In this document: one piece after another, positions 1 through 9,859 of the stretch
How positions within the stretch are numbered: position 1 is the stretch's first letter
Layout of the letters: every line of letters begins with the position of its first letter
Assembly (NCBI GenBank): GCA_021780675.1
Contig: JAJXYH010000013.1
Coordinates: forward strand, 593 to 64,592
Direction: 5' to 3'
DNA: 64,000 nucleotides
Origin: a bacterium
GTDB taxonomy: Bacteria; Patescibacteriota; Microgenomatia; Levybacterales; UBA12049
Position numbers and translations under genes: made by a program
The notes under the pieces: model-generated
Seen by the model: the letters and a program-made list of their open reading frames with translations, nothing else
Told to the model about the DNA's origin: nothing
The model's database searches: none

Positions 1-184
1 GCTTTTTATTTTTTGTTCGATGTACTTTTTGCAAGCCGCCGGCGCGGTATTTTGATTGGCGGATTTATTTGCCTATATTTGGCTTTAAGATATTTTGGAC
101 TCACCCACCCGTTATTTTTAGTACTATTAATAGTACTGTTTGGGGGAATTGAAATGTTTTTCGTTAAACGAAGCTAATTCTGCT

Positions 185-190
185 ATAATC
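185..190 (+). promoter_or_regulatory. Extended -10 element TGCTATAAT ending 7 nt before the metG ATG (198). The implied transcript is leaderless or has a very short leader.
   Basis: Sequence tgcTATAATctttaattATG seen directly. No Shine-Dalgarno is possible in the 7-nt gap. Confidence 0.35.
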
Positions 191-197
191 TTTAATT

Positions 198-1643
198 ATG
201 GACAAGTACTACGTTACAACACCAATTTATTATATTAATGACATTCCGCATGTTGGACATGCCTACACTACTGTTTCTGCAGACATCCTAACAAGATATT
301 ACAAACAAAAATTAGGAAACGATAATGTTTTATTTCTTACCGGTACCGATGAACATGGAACAAAAGTTGCAGCTGCGGCAAAAGAGGAAGGAAAAGAACC
401 TAAGGAATATGCCGACTCAATAGTTCCAAAATTTGAGGATGCTTGGAAAATTTTAAATATCGACTATGACCATTTCTTCAGAACCACCGATATTAGACAT
501 GAAAAAATTGTTCAAGAAGTATTACAAAAAATTTATGATAAGGGACTAATAGAAGAGGGAATTTACGAAGGACTATATTGTGTAGGTTGCGAAAAATTTT
601 TAACCGAATCAGACTTAGTAAACGGTAAATGCCCACTTCACCCAAACAAAAAACCTATTCACCAAAAAGAAAAAAATTATTTCTTTAAACTTTCTAAATA
701 TGAAGGTGAATTAATTAAGGATTTTGAGTCGGATAATGTTAATATCTTGCCCGAAAGTAGAAAAAAAGAAATCTTAGGTAAATTAAAAGAGGGATTAAAA
801 GATATTGCAATTTCACGAGAGGAAGTTTCTTGGGGAATTCCTATTCCATGGGATAAAAAACAAACCATATATGTATGGGTTGAGGCTCTCTTCAATTATT
901 ATACGGCGACGCAATTTTTAAATCATAAGCAGAAATTTTGGCCTGCGGATTTACATCTTATCGGCAAAGATATACTTTGGTTCCACACTGTGATTTGGTG
1001 TGCTTTATTAAAAGCTGCAGACCTCCCTTTACCAAAAACTATTTTTGCACATGGTTTTTTTAGCATCAACGGACAAAAAATGTCAAAATCTCTGGGAAAC
1101 GTCATTTCTCCCAAAGAACTTGTAGATAAGTTTGGCGCTGATGCAACCAGATACTTATTGGAATCGCAGTTTCCTTTTGGGGAAGATGGAGATTTTTCAA
1201 TCGAAAAACTTATTGAAGGATATAATGCCTACTTAGCAAACGGACTTGGTAATTTAATATCAAGAGTAGCAAAATTATGCGAAACGGCTCGGTTTGTCCA
1301 AAGCTCCAACGAAAAGTCGGGACACGTTATTGTTGAACAGGAAAGTTTTGATAAAGCAATGGAAGAATTTAGATTTAACGATGCATTATCGATTGTTTGG
1401 GAAAAAATTTCCAAACTTGATAAATATATTAACGAAGAAAAACCATGGGAACTTTTAAAACTTCCCGAGGGAAGTAAAAAACTTGGAAGTATCGAGGATG
1501 TTCTGGCTCATGCGGTTTCACAAATACAGGAAATTGGAATTTTACTCAAGCCCTTTATGCCGGAAACGAGCAAAAAAATAATCGACCAGTTTGAAAAACC
1601 ACAAATTGCTTCGTCTTCACCGCTTTTCCCGAGAATTGTTTAA
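198..1643 (+). CDS. metG: Methionyl-tRNA synthetase (class I aaRS), short form without the C-terminal tRNA-binding domain.
   Basis: HIGH-type motif (PHVGHAYT) near the N-terminus and a KMSKS motif. CxxC...CP zinc knuckle. 481 aa. Confidence 0.9.
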   Translation: MDKYYVTTPIYYINDIPHVGHAYTTVSADILTRYYKQKLGNDNVLFLTGTDEHGTKVAAAAKEEGKEPKEYADSIVPKFEDAWKILNIDYDHFFRTTDIRHEKIVQEVLQKIYDKGLIEEGIYEGLYCVGCEKFLTESDLVNGKCPLHPNKKPIHQKEKNYFFKLSKYEGELIKDFESDNVNILPESRKKEILGKLKEGLKDIAISREEVSWGIPIPWDKKQTIYVWVEALFNYYTATQFLNHKQKFWPADLHLIGKDILWFHTVIWCALLKAADLPLPKTIFAHGFFSINGQKMSKSLGNVISPKELVDKFGADATRYLLESQFPFGEDGDFSIEKLIEGYNAYLANGLGNLISRVAKLCETARFVQSSNEKSGHVIVEQESFDKAMEEFRFNDALSIVWEKISKLDKYINEEKPWELLKLPEGSKKLGSIEDVLAHAVSQIQEIGILLKPFMPETSKKIIDQFEKPQIASSSPLFPRIV

Positions 1644-2773
1644 ATAATAAGTGTTTGTTTTTCTAAACCGGGCACTCTACCCGTAATAGTTCCTGTTTGT
1701 ACTAAGTGACGATTTCCAATCGACTGAGGAGCATCCATGTCTAACTCCTCCACACCTGTAATTGATGCAAAAGTTGCAAAGCAATCGAACGGATCACCGG
1801 AAACAACCTCATCAAGATCCATTATTCCCGGAAACTCATCGGTGGGGTTGCCATCACCGGTTACCCACATTAATTCGAAAGCTCCACCTAAAGCTTTGGC
1901 AGCACATGCTGCTATTACCGCTTCCGGTTTTCCCCCGCTTCCAATTGAAAGAATCGGATGGTCTTCGGTTGTTAAGGCTTTAAGGGCCGGAGCCAAATCC
2001 CCTCTTGGTATTTCTATAACATTCGTACCCAAAGACTCATATCCATATATAATAGCTTGGTTTCTTGGTCTGCCTAAAATATAAACATCTATTTCATGAG
2101 GGTCGGTAATCCCATATTCCTTAAGGGTTGCCATTATGTTTTGTTCTGCAGTATTTGATAAACTTACCTTTCCTTTTAATCTCTTGTGGGCAACAATTCT
2201 GTCTGCATATTTAGCGCTTGAATCTTCTTCGGGAATTTTAGTAATATCACCACTTCGTGTTCCTGCAATAATTGCAAATGAACCATCTTTATTTAACGAT
2301 GCATTGGTTGTTCCTTCAATAGGATCAATTACCAATTTCACTTTTTCAGGCGCTTCCTGTAAAACCTGGCGTTTGGAAAATGGAATTGAGTTTCCGAGTC
2401 CGTAAGCTCCCTCTGCTACACGAAGATCGGTTCGCCCAATCCCATCCTCCTCTGCTTTTCTTTTTTCTTTTTTTCCTTCACAATCCACAACTTCCGAAAC
2501 GAAATCTGCTTCATGCAAACCAAATTCCAACAATTCCGTTGCTCTGGTATCAAGCTTATGCCCTACTTCTAAAATTTGTGCTTTTGTCTGGGGAATTCCG
2601 CTTGCTTCGTGTATATCTGAAATAGCTACCCGAGCATCAACTGCTATCTGGGCTGTAATCGATGAATAAACTTTTAAAGCGTGATCCATTTCGATTTTGT
2701 CTTTAGGAGGGGTGCTTTCTACCGGTCTTGCGGGGAAAACGGGTACTTGTTCAACTAAAACTTCGTGCAACAT
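1640..2773 (-). CDS. glpX: Fructose-1,6-bisphosphatase class II (GlpX-type) / sedoheptulose bisphosphatase.
   Basis: DPIEGT metal-binding motif and a GSGGKPEAV block are collinear with E. coli GlpX. Converges on metG with a 4-nt overlap. Confidence 0.7.
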   Translation of the reverse strand: MLHEVLVEQVPVFPARPVESTPPKDKIEMDHALKVYSSITAQIAVDARVAISDIHEASGIPQTKAQILEVGHKLDTRATELLEFGLHEADFVSEVVDCEGKKEKRKAEEDGIGRTDLRVAEGAYGLGNSIPFSKRQVLQEAPEKVKLVIDPIEGTTNASLNKDGSFAIIAGTRSGDITKIPEEDSSAKYADRIVAHKRLKGKVSLSNTAEQNIMATLKEYGITDPHEIDVYILGRPRNQAIIYGYESLGTNVIEIPRGDLAPALKALTTEDHPILSIGSGGKPEAVIAACAAKALGGAFELMWVTGDGNPTDEFPGIMDLDEVVSGDPFDCFATFASITGVEELDMDAPQSIGNRHLVQTGTITGRVPGLEKQTLII

Positions 2774-2877
2774 ATAAAAATTATAAATCGAAACATTAAC
2801 GCATACTTGACGGAAATTAGTAATTTTTTCTGTCCAAATCCTGACAGAAAATATACAATTTAGTATATAATTAAATT

Positions 2878-3447
2878 GTGGACAGCATATCTGTTTTAAT
2901 AATTTTGTCTTTAGTAATTTACATAATAAATGTAATTCCTGTGTTTATGCCTCCTACATGGACCATCCTTGCGTTTTATTACATCCAGTTTCATCCGCCT
3001 CTTTTACCGGCTGCCGTAGCCGGAGCGATCGCGGCAACACTGGGAAGAGTAACTTTATATTATATTTCTAAAAATCATTTCCGCAGGTTTTTTTCCAAAA
3101 AAGATTTAACAAACTATGATGCATTGGGACTTTTTTTTAAAAAAAAACAAAAATTATCGGCACAACTTTTTTTAACTTACGCATTCTTCCCTATTTCTTC
3201 TAATTATGTTTATATTGCCGCCGGACTATCAAAAATTAATATTAAACTTTTGGCGGGATGTTTTTTATTGGGAAGAATTTTTAGTTATACTTTTTGGGTG
3301 GCAACCTCACATGTAGTTTTTACAAGAATTGACCAAATTTTTTCAAAGGAATTATCCAATACAGGTGTTATTATCCTTGAAATTGTAGGTTTATTAGTCT
3401 TAGTTGGAATAGGAAAAATAAATTGGAAAAGAGTGCTGCACGTATAA
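2878..3447 (+). CDS. Small polytopic membrane protein, possibly of the DedA/TVP38 (VTT-domain) family. GTG start.
   Basis: 4 to 5 hydrophobic helices and a G-R-containing loop reminiscent of DedA. TATAAT at about 2863 just upstream. Confidence 0.35.
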   Translation: MDSISVLIILSLVIYIINVIPVFMPPTWTILAFYYIQFHPPLLPAAVAGAIAATLGRVTLYYISKNHFRRFFSKKDLTNYDALGLFFKKKQKLSAQLFLTYAFFPISSNYVYIAAGLSKINIKLLAGCFLLGRIFSYTFWVATSHVVFTRIDQIFSKELSNTGVIILEIVGLLVLVGIGKINWKRVLHV

Positions 3448-3495
3448 ATAATTTTTCTTATTGACTTAGCGGAAAATAATGATATATTTATGTAA

Positions 3496-4164
3496 ATGAA
3501 GAATAAAAACGTACTCATAGCTTTTGTTGTAGTTTTACTTCTTTTGCTTTTAGGAGCCGGAGCATACCTTATGCTTAGTAAAAACGCAACTAAGTCCGCT
3601 CAAGTACCAACAGAAAAAACTCAAAAAACAAATACCCAAGCAGAGCAAACAACAAAATCTCTTTTAGATCTTGTTAATTCCGGACAAAAATTACGTTGCA
3701 CGTATAAAACAGCTATTGCCAACGGAACATCCGACGGCACTGTTTACATCTCGGGACAAAACATTAGAGCAGACTTTAATGCTACCGTACAGGGTCAGAA
3801 GCCTACGCAAACCAGTATGATTAAAAATAGAACCACTACTTATATTTGGGGATCTATCATGCAAGGCAAGGGCATAAAAATGACCACAAGCTTGGATGCA
3901 ATGGCGCAAAGTAAAGAGGCTGCTCAGTATGTAGATCCTACTCAAAAACTTGATTATAGTTGCGCTCCGTGGAATGTTGATTCTTCACTTTTCACTGCTC
4001 CTTCAAACGTTGAGTTTACCGATATGACAAATCTTATGGTGCCAAAAGCAACCGTTACGGGAACCCAAACACAAACCGCTCCATCCTCTTCTGATCCATG
4101 CGCTCAACTTACGGGTAGTGTTAAAACCGCTTGTGAAAATGCTTTACAGCAAAGCGGTAAATAG
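3496..4164 (+). CDS. Secreted or membrane-anchored hypothetical protein (N-terminal signal anchor, Thr/Gln-rich, conserved Cys pairs).
   Basis: N-terminal hydrophobic segment followed by a polar extracytoplasmic domain. No recognisable catalytic motif. Confidence 0.4.
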   Translation: MKNKNVLIAFVVVLLLLLLGAGAYLMLSKNATKSAQVPTEKTQKTNTQAEQTTKSLLDLVNSGQKLRCTYKTAIANGTSDGTVYISGQNIRADFNATVQGQKPTQTSMIKNRTTTYIWGSIMQGKGIKMTTSLDAMAQSKEAAQYVDPTQKLDYSCAPWNVDSSLFTAPSNVEFTDMTNLMVPKATVTGTQTQTAPSSSDPCAQLTGSVKTACENALQQSGK

Positions 4165-4165
4165 T

Positions 4166-4312
4166 TTCATCACGAGTTCCGCCTGATAAGCGGACGGCAA
4201 CCGAAAGACAAACGGTGCCAATCCGGAAAGGAAGATGTGTCCTTAAACGTTATCTTAAGGAAAGTCTAATTAAAAGCATTTATGCCTTCCGGATTTTCGG
4301 GAGGTTTTTTGT
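4166..4312 (+). ncRNA. SAM-I-family (S-box) riboswitch with an intrinsic-terminator expression platform, in the metK leader.
   Basis: Conserved S-box core elements GGCAACC (4196-4202) and GGUGCCAAUCC (4214-4224). P1-like 5' strand UCAUCACGAG resembles the consensus UUAUCAAGAG. Terminator hairpin CCUUCCGG-AUUUU-CGGGAGG plus U6 at 4285-4310. The 5' arm of the terminator can alternatively pair with CCGGAAAGG (4223-4231). Sits directly upstream of metK. Confidence 0.55.
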
Positions 4313-4384
4313 TGCGGAGGCAACATTCCGAACAACTCGCGAAGCGGATTAGTTGTGAGGAATTATGAACTTTAAATTTTATAT

Positions 4385-5476
4385 ATGAATTATACTTTTA
4401 CATCAGAATCTGTTTGTGCTGGACATCCGGATAAAATTTGCGATTCTATATCCGACGCAATTTTAGATGCAATTTTAAGCGAAGATAAAAAGGCGCGGGT
4501 TGCAGTCGAAACCGTTGCAGCATTTAATAGGGTTGCAATTGTTGGAGAAGTAACAACCCATGCAAAAGTCGACTATAAAAAGATTGCCAGACAAAGAATA
4601 ATAGACTTAGGATATACAAATCCAAAATTTAATTTCACCGATAAATCCAGGATCGAAGTCGATATCCACGAACAATCACCGGAAATTTATAAAGGTGTAA
4701 AAACTAAAGGTGCCGGAGATCAGGGAATGATGTTCGGCTTTGCATGTACCGAAACTAAAAGTTTAATGCCAATGCCAATAACTATTGCGCATAATTTAGC
4801 AAAAAGATTAGACGAAGTTAAAAAAGACACCCTACCGTTTTTAAGACCGGACGGAAAAACGCAAGTAACTATAGAGTATAAAAATAATAAACCTTACAAG
4901 GTTAACCAAATCGTTATTGCTGTCCCCCATGACGAAAATAAATCATTAAATCAAGTAAAAAAGGCATTATATAAGCATGTCGTTAAATATGTATTAGATG
5001 AATTCGGATTTAAACTATTAGAAAAAGATTTAATTGTTAACGGAACAGGCGTTTGGCATATTCCCGGACCGGCAAGCGATGCAGGGTTAACAGGCAGAAA
5101 AATCATAGTAGATACCTATGGCGGATATGCAAGAGTTGGTGGCGGAGCGTTTTCGGGAAAAGACCCAACCAAAGTTGATAGAAGCGGCGCCTATGCGGCA
5201 AGATTTTTAGCAAAAAATATCGTCAGGGAAGGCTTAGCGGAGAAGGCAGAAGTAAGACTTGCTTATTTTATCGGCGCAAAAAATCCAAGTATGCAGGAGA
5301 TTGAAACTTTTGGTACAGCCAAAGCAAGCGATAAAACAATCAAAAATTTTATGTCTAAAATTCTTGATACCTCTGTTAAGGGAATTTTGAAAGGGTTAGA
5401 CCTGCAAAGGCCTATTTATCTGCAAACTTCAGCTTACGGCCATTTCGGACGAGAAATATTTCCTTGGGAGAAATAA
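4385..5476 (+). CDS. metK: S-adenosylmethionine synthetase.
   Basis: GHPDKICDSISDAILD signature and the C-terminal glycine-rich P-loop GGGAFSGKD. Confidence 0.9.
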   Translation: MNYTFTSESVCAGHPDKICDSISDAILDAILSEDKKARVAVETVAAFNRVAIVGEVTTHAKVDYKKIARQRIIDLGYTNPKFNFTDKSRIEVDIHEQSPEIYKGVKTKGAGDQGMMFGFACTETKSLMPMPITIAHNLAKRLDEVKKDTLPFLRPDGKTQVTIEYKNNKPYKVNQIVIAVPHDENKSLNQVKKALYKHVVKYVLDEFGFKLLEKDLIVNGTGVWHIPGPASDAGLTGRKIIVDTYGGYARVGGGAFSGKDPTKVDRSGAYAARFLAKNIVREGLAEKAEVRLAYFIGAKNPSMQEIETFGTAKASDKTIKNFMSKILDTSVKGILKGLDLQRPIYLQTSAYGHFGREIFPWEK

Positions 5477-5498
5477 GTTTTTGTGCTAAACTAAGTTT

Positions 5499-5744
5499 AT
5501 GAGAAAACTTTTGGCGCTTATCATTTTTTTGTTCCTGATAATCCTGATACCAAATTATTTTACCCAAAGGCAAACAGATGCATATAACAGCAATAATACG
5601 CCGACTACACAGAACGTACAACAACCTACAAATATCCCAACCCCAACTCCTACGGTAATCCCGGCAACTCCTACTCCGCTTCCTCCTATGCAAAACTCTC
5701 TGCAGCTTCCTTCATTTAGAGTAAATGGCGGCGGAGATGATTAA
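5499..5744 (+). CDS. Small membrane-anchored Pro/Thr-rich hypothetical protein.
   Basis: N-terminal TM helix, then a PTPTP low-complexity region. Confidence 0.3.
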   Translation: MRKLLALIIFLFLIILIPNYFTQRQTDAYNSNNTPTTQNVQQPTNIPTPTPTVIPATPTPLPPMQNSLQLPSFRVNGGGDD

Positions 5745-5750
5745 ACTACC

Positions 5751-6545
5751 ATGATTGACGCCCACTGTCATCTTAATTTCCACGCATTTGAAAATGATTT
5801 GGATGAAGTAGTAAAACGAGCAAAGGAAAAGGGCGTTGAAAAAATTATTAATGTAGGAACAAGCCTTGAGTCAAGCCAAAAAGCGGTGGAGCTGGCAGAA
5901 AAATATGAAAATCTTTATGCAATTGTTGGTATTCACCCCCACCATGCGGACAAACTTGAAAAAGGCTGGGAAGATGAATTAGAAAAAATTGCTAAACACC
6001 AAAAAGTAATTGGTATTGGGGAAATCGGGCTTGACTATTATAGTTATAAATCAAACGGAATTGTTGATCCCAAACTGCAAAAAGAGGTTTTTGAAGCTCA
6101 AATTAACCTTGCACATAAATTAAGACTACCGCTGCAAATCCACAACCGTCATGCAGGAGACGACATTTTAGCCATACTTTATAGGCACAAAAATAGTCTT
6201 TTGGAAACTCCGGGAATGTTTCATTGTTTTGCAGGAAGCCGCGATGTTTTAATTGATGCTTTGAAGTTTGGTTTTTATATTGGATTTGATGGTAATTCTA
6301 CTTATAGTGGGCTTGCACCAGGTGAAACTGTTGAACTGCCCGAACTTATCAAGATGACGCCCCTTGATAGAATTGTTGTAGAAACCGATTCTCCATATCT
6401 TACCCCGATACCCCACCGCGGTAGCAGAAACGAACCTTCCTATGTTATAATTACAGCTGAATTCATAGGTAAAATTAAAAATACTCCTTTCGAAAAATTA
6501 GAAAAAATCACAACGGAAAATGTTCTAAAAATATTTAAAATATGA
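5751..6545 (+). CDS. tatD: TatD-family metal-dependent hydrolase/DNase.
   Basis: N-terminal DAHCHL metal-binding motif. Internal HxH and terminal D are conserved. Confidence 0.85.
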   Translation: MIDAHCHLNFHAFENDLDEVVKRAKEKGVEKIINVGTSLESSQKAVELAEKYENLYAIVGIHPHHADKLEKGWEDELEKIAKHQKVIGIGEIGLDYYSYKSNGIVDPKLQKEVFEAQINLAHKLRLPLQIHNRHAGDDILAILYRHKNSLLETPGMFHCFAGSRDVLIDALKFGFYIGFDGNSTYSGLAPGETVELPELIKMTPLDRIVVETDSPYLTPIPHRGSRNEPSYVIITAEFIGKIKNTPFEKLEKITTENVLKIFKI

Positions 6546-8035
6546 CACAAACTTTTAACAGAATTTTCATCCGATATCCGGTAAAAACCAAAAGGGCTTT
6601 GGAAATCTTACCGGGTTTTGTCTCATGGATGCTTATACTTTTTCCTCTATGGGGTTCTTTTTTTATACCATTGGTGGTTGCCTATTTCATCCTGTTTTTT
6701 GACGTATATTGGTTTTATAAAAGTTTTTCTCTTGTAATTACTGCCTATATTTCATCAAGAAAAATCCGACAGGCGGAAAAAGAAAATTGGCTGGAGGCTG
6801 CAAAACCACTAGAGAATTTTGAAAACACAAGCCATATTGTAATTATTCCTAATTATAAAGAAACATTAGAAAAACTAAGAAAAACTATTGAAAGCTTGGC
6901 TGACCAAAGTTTCCCGGCAAAAAGAATTTACGTTGTACTTGCCATGGAAAAAAGAGAAACCGAAGCAAAAGAAAGAGCAGAAAAACTAACCACAGAATTT
7001 AAAGATGTCTTCGGAGATATTTTTGCAACCTTTCATCCCGATATTCAAGGTGAAGTAAAAGGTAAATCATCTAACGAAAGCTATGCCGGAAAGGTTGCCT
7101 ATAAAAAATTGACTAAAGAGAAAAAAATTGACTATGACTTTACAACTATTTCCTCTGTTGATGCCGATTCTATCTTTGATAAACAGTATTTTTCGTATCT
7201 TACCTTTCTATTTTTAACCGATAAAAATAGGTATGAAAAGTTCTGGCAATCGGCCAATGTTAATTACAATAATTTTTGGAATGTTCCGGCTCCGATTAGA
7301 GTCATTTCATTTTTCGGAAGTCTATACAGAACCGCACTTTTGGTACAAAAAGACAGGCTCGTTTCTAATTCCACTTATTCGCTATCCCTTAAGCTTATGC
7401 ATGAAATCGGATTTTGGGATACAGACGTAATTCCAGAAGATTATAGAATATTCTTTAAGGCATTTTTTAAAAAACAGGGACAAGTATATATGGAGCCAAT
7501 ATTCTTAAAAACTTCCATGGATGCCCCACTTTCTTCAAGCTATGTAAAATCGCTTAATAATAAATACCAGCAGGAAAGAAGATGGAGCTGGGGGGCATCT
7601 GACGATGCTCTGTTTATAAAATGGTGGCTTACTATTCCTAATGTTCCCTTTTTTAGAAAAACACACTTAGTTTTTAATGTTCTGGTAGATCATTTTTTAT
7701 GGCCGGTAAATTGGTTTATAATTACAATAGCTGCAAATATTATGCCGTTTGTTAATCCGGTTTTTACAAGAACTACACTTGGTTACAATCTTCCCAGGAT
7801 GGCTGGATTTATCTTAACCCTCTGTCTATTAGCAACTTTTGGAATGATAATAATAGATTATAGACAACGAAGTTCGCATCAAAAGACTTCGAAAAAAAGA
7901 CAACTTTTATTTCCACTGGAATTTTTGCTTCTTCCTATTATCGGATTTTTCCTTTCTTCACTTCCCGCTCTAATTTCTCATACACAACTTATGCTTGGCA
8001 AAAGACTTGAGTATAAAGTTACAGAAAAACTTTAA
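6542..8035 (+). CDS. Polytopic membrane glycosyltransferase-like protein (GT2-like cytoplasmic domain flanked by TM helices).
   Basis: N-terminal TM pair, a roughly 250-aa soluble domain with a D..D-type acidic patch (SSVDADSIFD), then a C-terminal TM bundle. Start overlaps the tatD stop (ATGA). Confidence 0.45.
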   Translation: MTQTFNRIFIRYPVKTKRALEILPGFVSWMLILFPLWGSFFIPLVVAYFILFFDVYWFYKSFSLVITAYISSRKIRQAEKENWLEAAKPLENFENTSHIVIIPNYKETLEKLRKTIESLADQSFPAKRIYVVLAMEKRETEAKERAEKLTTEFKDVFGDIFATFHPDIQGEVKGKSSNESYAGKVAYKKLTKEKKIDYDFTTISSVDADSIFDKQYFSYLTFLFLTDKNRYEKFWQSANVNYNNFWNVPAPIRVISFFGSLYRTALLVQKDRLVSNSTYSLSLKLMHEIGFWDTDVIPEDYRIFFKAFFKKQGQVYMEPIFLKTSMDAPLSSSYVKSLNNKYQQERRWSWGASDDALFIKWWLTIPNVPFFRKTHLVFNVLVDHFLWPVNWFIITIAANIMPFVNPVFTRTTLGYNLPRMAGFILTLCLLATFGMIIIDYRQRSSHQKTSKKRQLLFPLEFLLLPIIGFFLSSLPALISHTQLMLGKRLEYKVTEKL

Positions 8036-9525
8036 TGATTAACTTATTAAAAAAATTAGAGAAAAACATTAATTTTTGGTTTTTAGTAGGAATATCTTTT
8101 TTATTTTTCTTGTTAAGATTTCCTTCTCTTTTTGAACCTAACTGGTATGGAGATGAAGGAATTTACCAAGTATTGGGATTAGGAATAAATGCGGGGAGAC
8201 TTTTATACAGAGATATTTTCGACAACAAACCACCGCTTCTATATATACTTTACAGCCTCGTAAATTCTAATTTATTTTGGATAAGATTTCTTTCCTTAGT
8301 TGCAGGACTTTTTGCTGTTTGGGGATTTTATTATTTATCTAAGAAAATTTTAAAAACAAAAAAGGCAAGCTTTGTTACAACCGGAATTTTTGCAATACTC
8401 TTCGGTCTTCCTTTAATTGAGGGCAACATCGCAAATGCGGAAAATTTTATGTTGCTTCCTAATATTATTGGTGCAATTCTTGTTTTAAAATCCATAGAGG
8501 TTGCAAGCCTTAATAAAAAATTGATACTGCTTTCTGCATCAGGCTTTATATTGGGTTTATCATTTTTATTAAAAATAGTTGCTGTTTTTGATTTTGCAGC
8601 GTTTTTTATGTTTTTATTTATTGCAGATTTTCCCGGTAAAATTTCGCAATTTTTTGAAAAGGAAAAATTTTTATTAGCCTTTAAAAAACTTTCCGTTTTT
8701 ACCGTTAGCTTTGCCCTTCCGATAATTCTTACTACTTTATTTTTTATTCTAAATAATTCCCTCTCCTATTTCTTAAAAGCAGTTCTTTTCAATAACGTAG
8801 GGTATGTAGGATATGGCAACCAATTTATAATTCCTCAGGGCTTACTGATTATTAAGCTTGCTTTATTGTTAATATCTATACTTTTCTTATTTATTAAAAG
8901 AAAATCATTTGATAAAACTTTTATCTTTGTAGGTATTTGGTTGGGTTTTTCGCTTTTTGATACGTTTTTTTCGCAGCGACCTTATACCCATTATGTATTA
9001 ACACTTTTACCCAGTTTTTGTCTTATGGTTGGTTTACTTTATCAAGATAATAAATCATCTAAACTTGCCGGAATTTTTGCTTTATCAACTCTTATAATAG
9101 TGCTTCTCAATTTTAAGTTTTATTCTAAAACCGGTTATTATTATCAAAATTTTATTTCATACATCACTGGTTTTGAAAAAACTTATGATTACAGGAAATT
9201 TTTTGATGGTAATACTCCGCGTGATTATGAGCTTGCGGACTATCTACTTCTTCAAGAAAAATCCGGATCAAAAACTTTTATCTGGGGTAATAATGCGGAA
9301 GTTTATACACTAATTAATTCTCTTCCTCCCGGAAGATATACTGTTGCTTATCATATTACCAACTATAAAGACGGTTATCAAAATACACTAGACGGATTAA
9401 AAAATAGTCCTCCTCAATTTATTGTAATAATGCCAAATGTTCCATCTTATCCATTCAGCCTTTACGGCTATAATCTAAAAATTAATTTAAGCGGTATAAA
9501 TATTTATGAAAAAATTAATCAATAA
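8035..9525 (+). CDS. GT-C fold membrane glycosyltransferase (ArnT/PMT/GT83-GT39-like).
   Basis: At least 10 TM helices. First extracytoplasmic loop carries WYGDEGIY, the DE motif of GT-C enzymes that use polyprenyl-phosphate sugar donors. C-terminal soluble domain. Confidence 0.55.
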   Translation: MINLLKKLEKNINFWFLVGISFLFFLLRFPSLFEPNWYGDEGIYQVLGLGINAGRLLYRDIFDNKPPLLYILYSLVNSNLFWIRFLSLVAGLFAVWGFYYLSKKILKTKKASFVTTGIFAILFGLPLIEGNIANAENFMLLPNIIGAILVLKSIEVASLNKKLILLSASGFILGLSFLLKIVAVFDFAAFFMFLFIADFPGKISQFFEKEKFLLAFKKLSVFTVSFALPIILTTLFFILNNSLSYFLKAVLFNNVGYVGYGNQFIIPQGLLIIKLALLLISILFLFIKRKSFDKTFIFVGIWLGFSLFDTFFSQRPYTHYVLTLLPSFCLMVGLLYQDNKSSKLAGIFALSTLIIVLLNFKFYSKTGYYYQNFISYITGFEKTYDYRKFFDGNTPRDYELADYLLLQEKSGSKTFIWGNNAEVYTLINSLPPGRYTVAYHITNYKDGYQNTLDGLKNSPPQFIVIMPNVPSYPFSLYGYNLKINLSGINIYEKINQ

Positions 9526-9859
9526 TATTAAATCTGACAAAATTACATTAAGAGGATTTTTACTTAGTTTAATTTTAGGCTTGTTAACAAGTGTGTACGT
9601 ATTGTTTTATTACGGATCACTTCCTCCATTTATTCCTATTTTTAATCAACTTCCCTGGGGGGAACAAAGATTTACCTCTACTATTGGAATTTTTATTCCT
9701 ATCATTATATTTTCTTTATTATTTCTATTTAACCTAATTGTTACCGGAGTTATTTATAACAAAAATCCCCTAATTGCAAGGATAATTGCCGCAACAACTC
9801 TTCTTATAGCTATCATGAATTCTATTTTTATTATAAGAACAATTTTAGTAATAATTTAA
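9506..9859 (+). CDS. Small 3-TM membrane protein, unknown function.
   Basis: 117 aa, three hydrophobic helices. Translationally coupled within the glycan operon. Confidence 0.35.
   Translation: MKKLINNIKSDKITLRGFLLSLILGLLTSVYVLFYYGSLPPFIPIFNQLPWGEQRFTSTIGIFIPIIIFSLLFLFNLIVTGVIYNKNPLIARIIAATTLLIAIMNSIFIIRTILVII

Noticed and set aside
1640-2773. Elevated GC (about 45%) of glpX as evidence of horizontal transfer.
   Set aside because: Other conserved, highly expressed genes here (groEL, ftsH, nrdJ) show similarly elevated GC relative to the AT-rich membrane-protein genes. The shift looks compositional/functional rather than foreign.
2828-2845. Inverted repeat CTGTCCAAATCCTGACAG upstream of the gene at 2878.
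   Set aside because: Only 5-bp arms in an AT-rich promoter region. Indistinguishable from chance.
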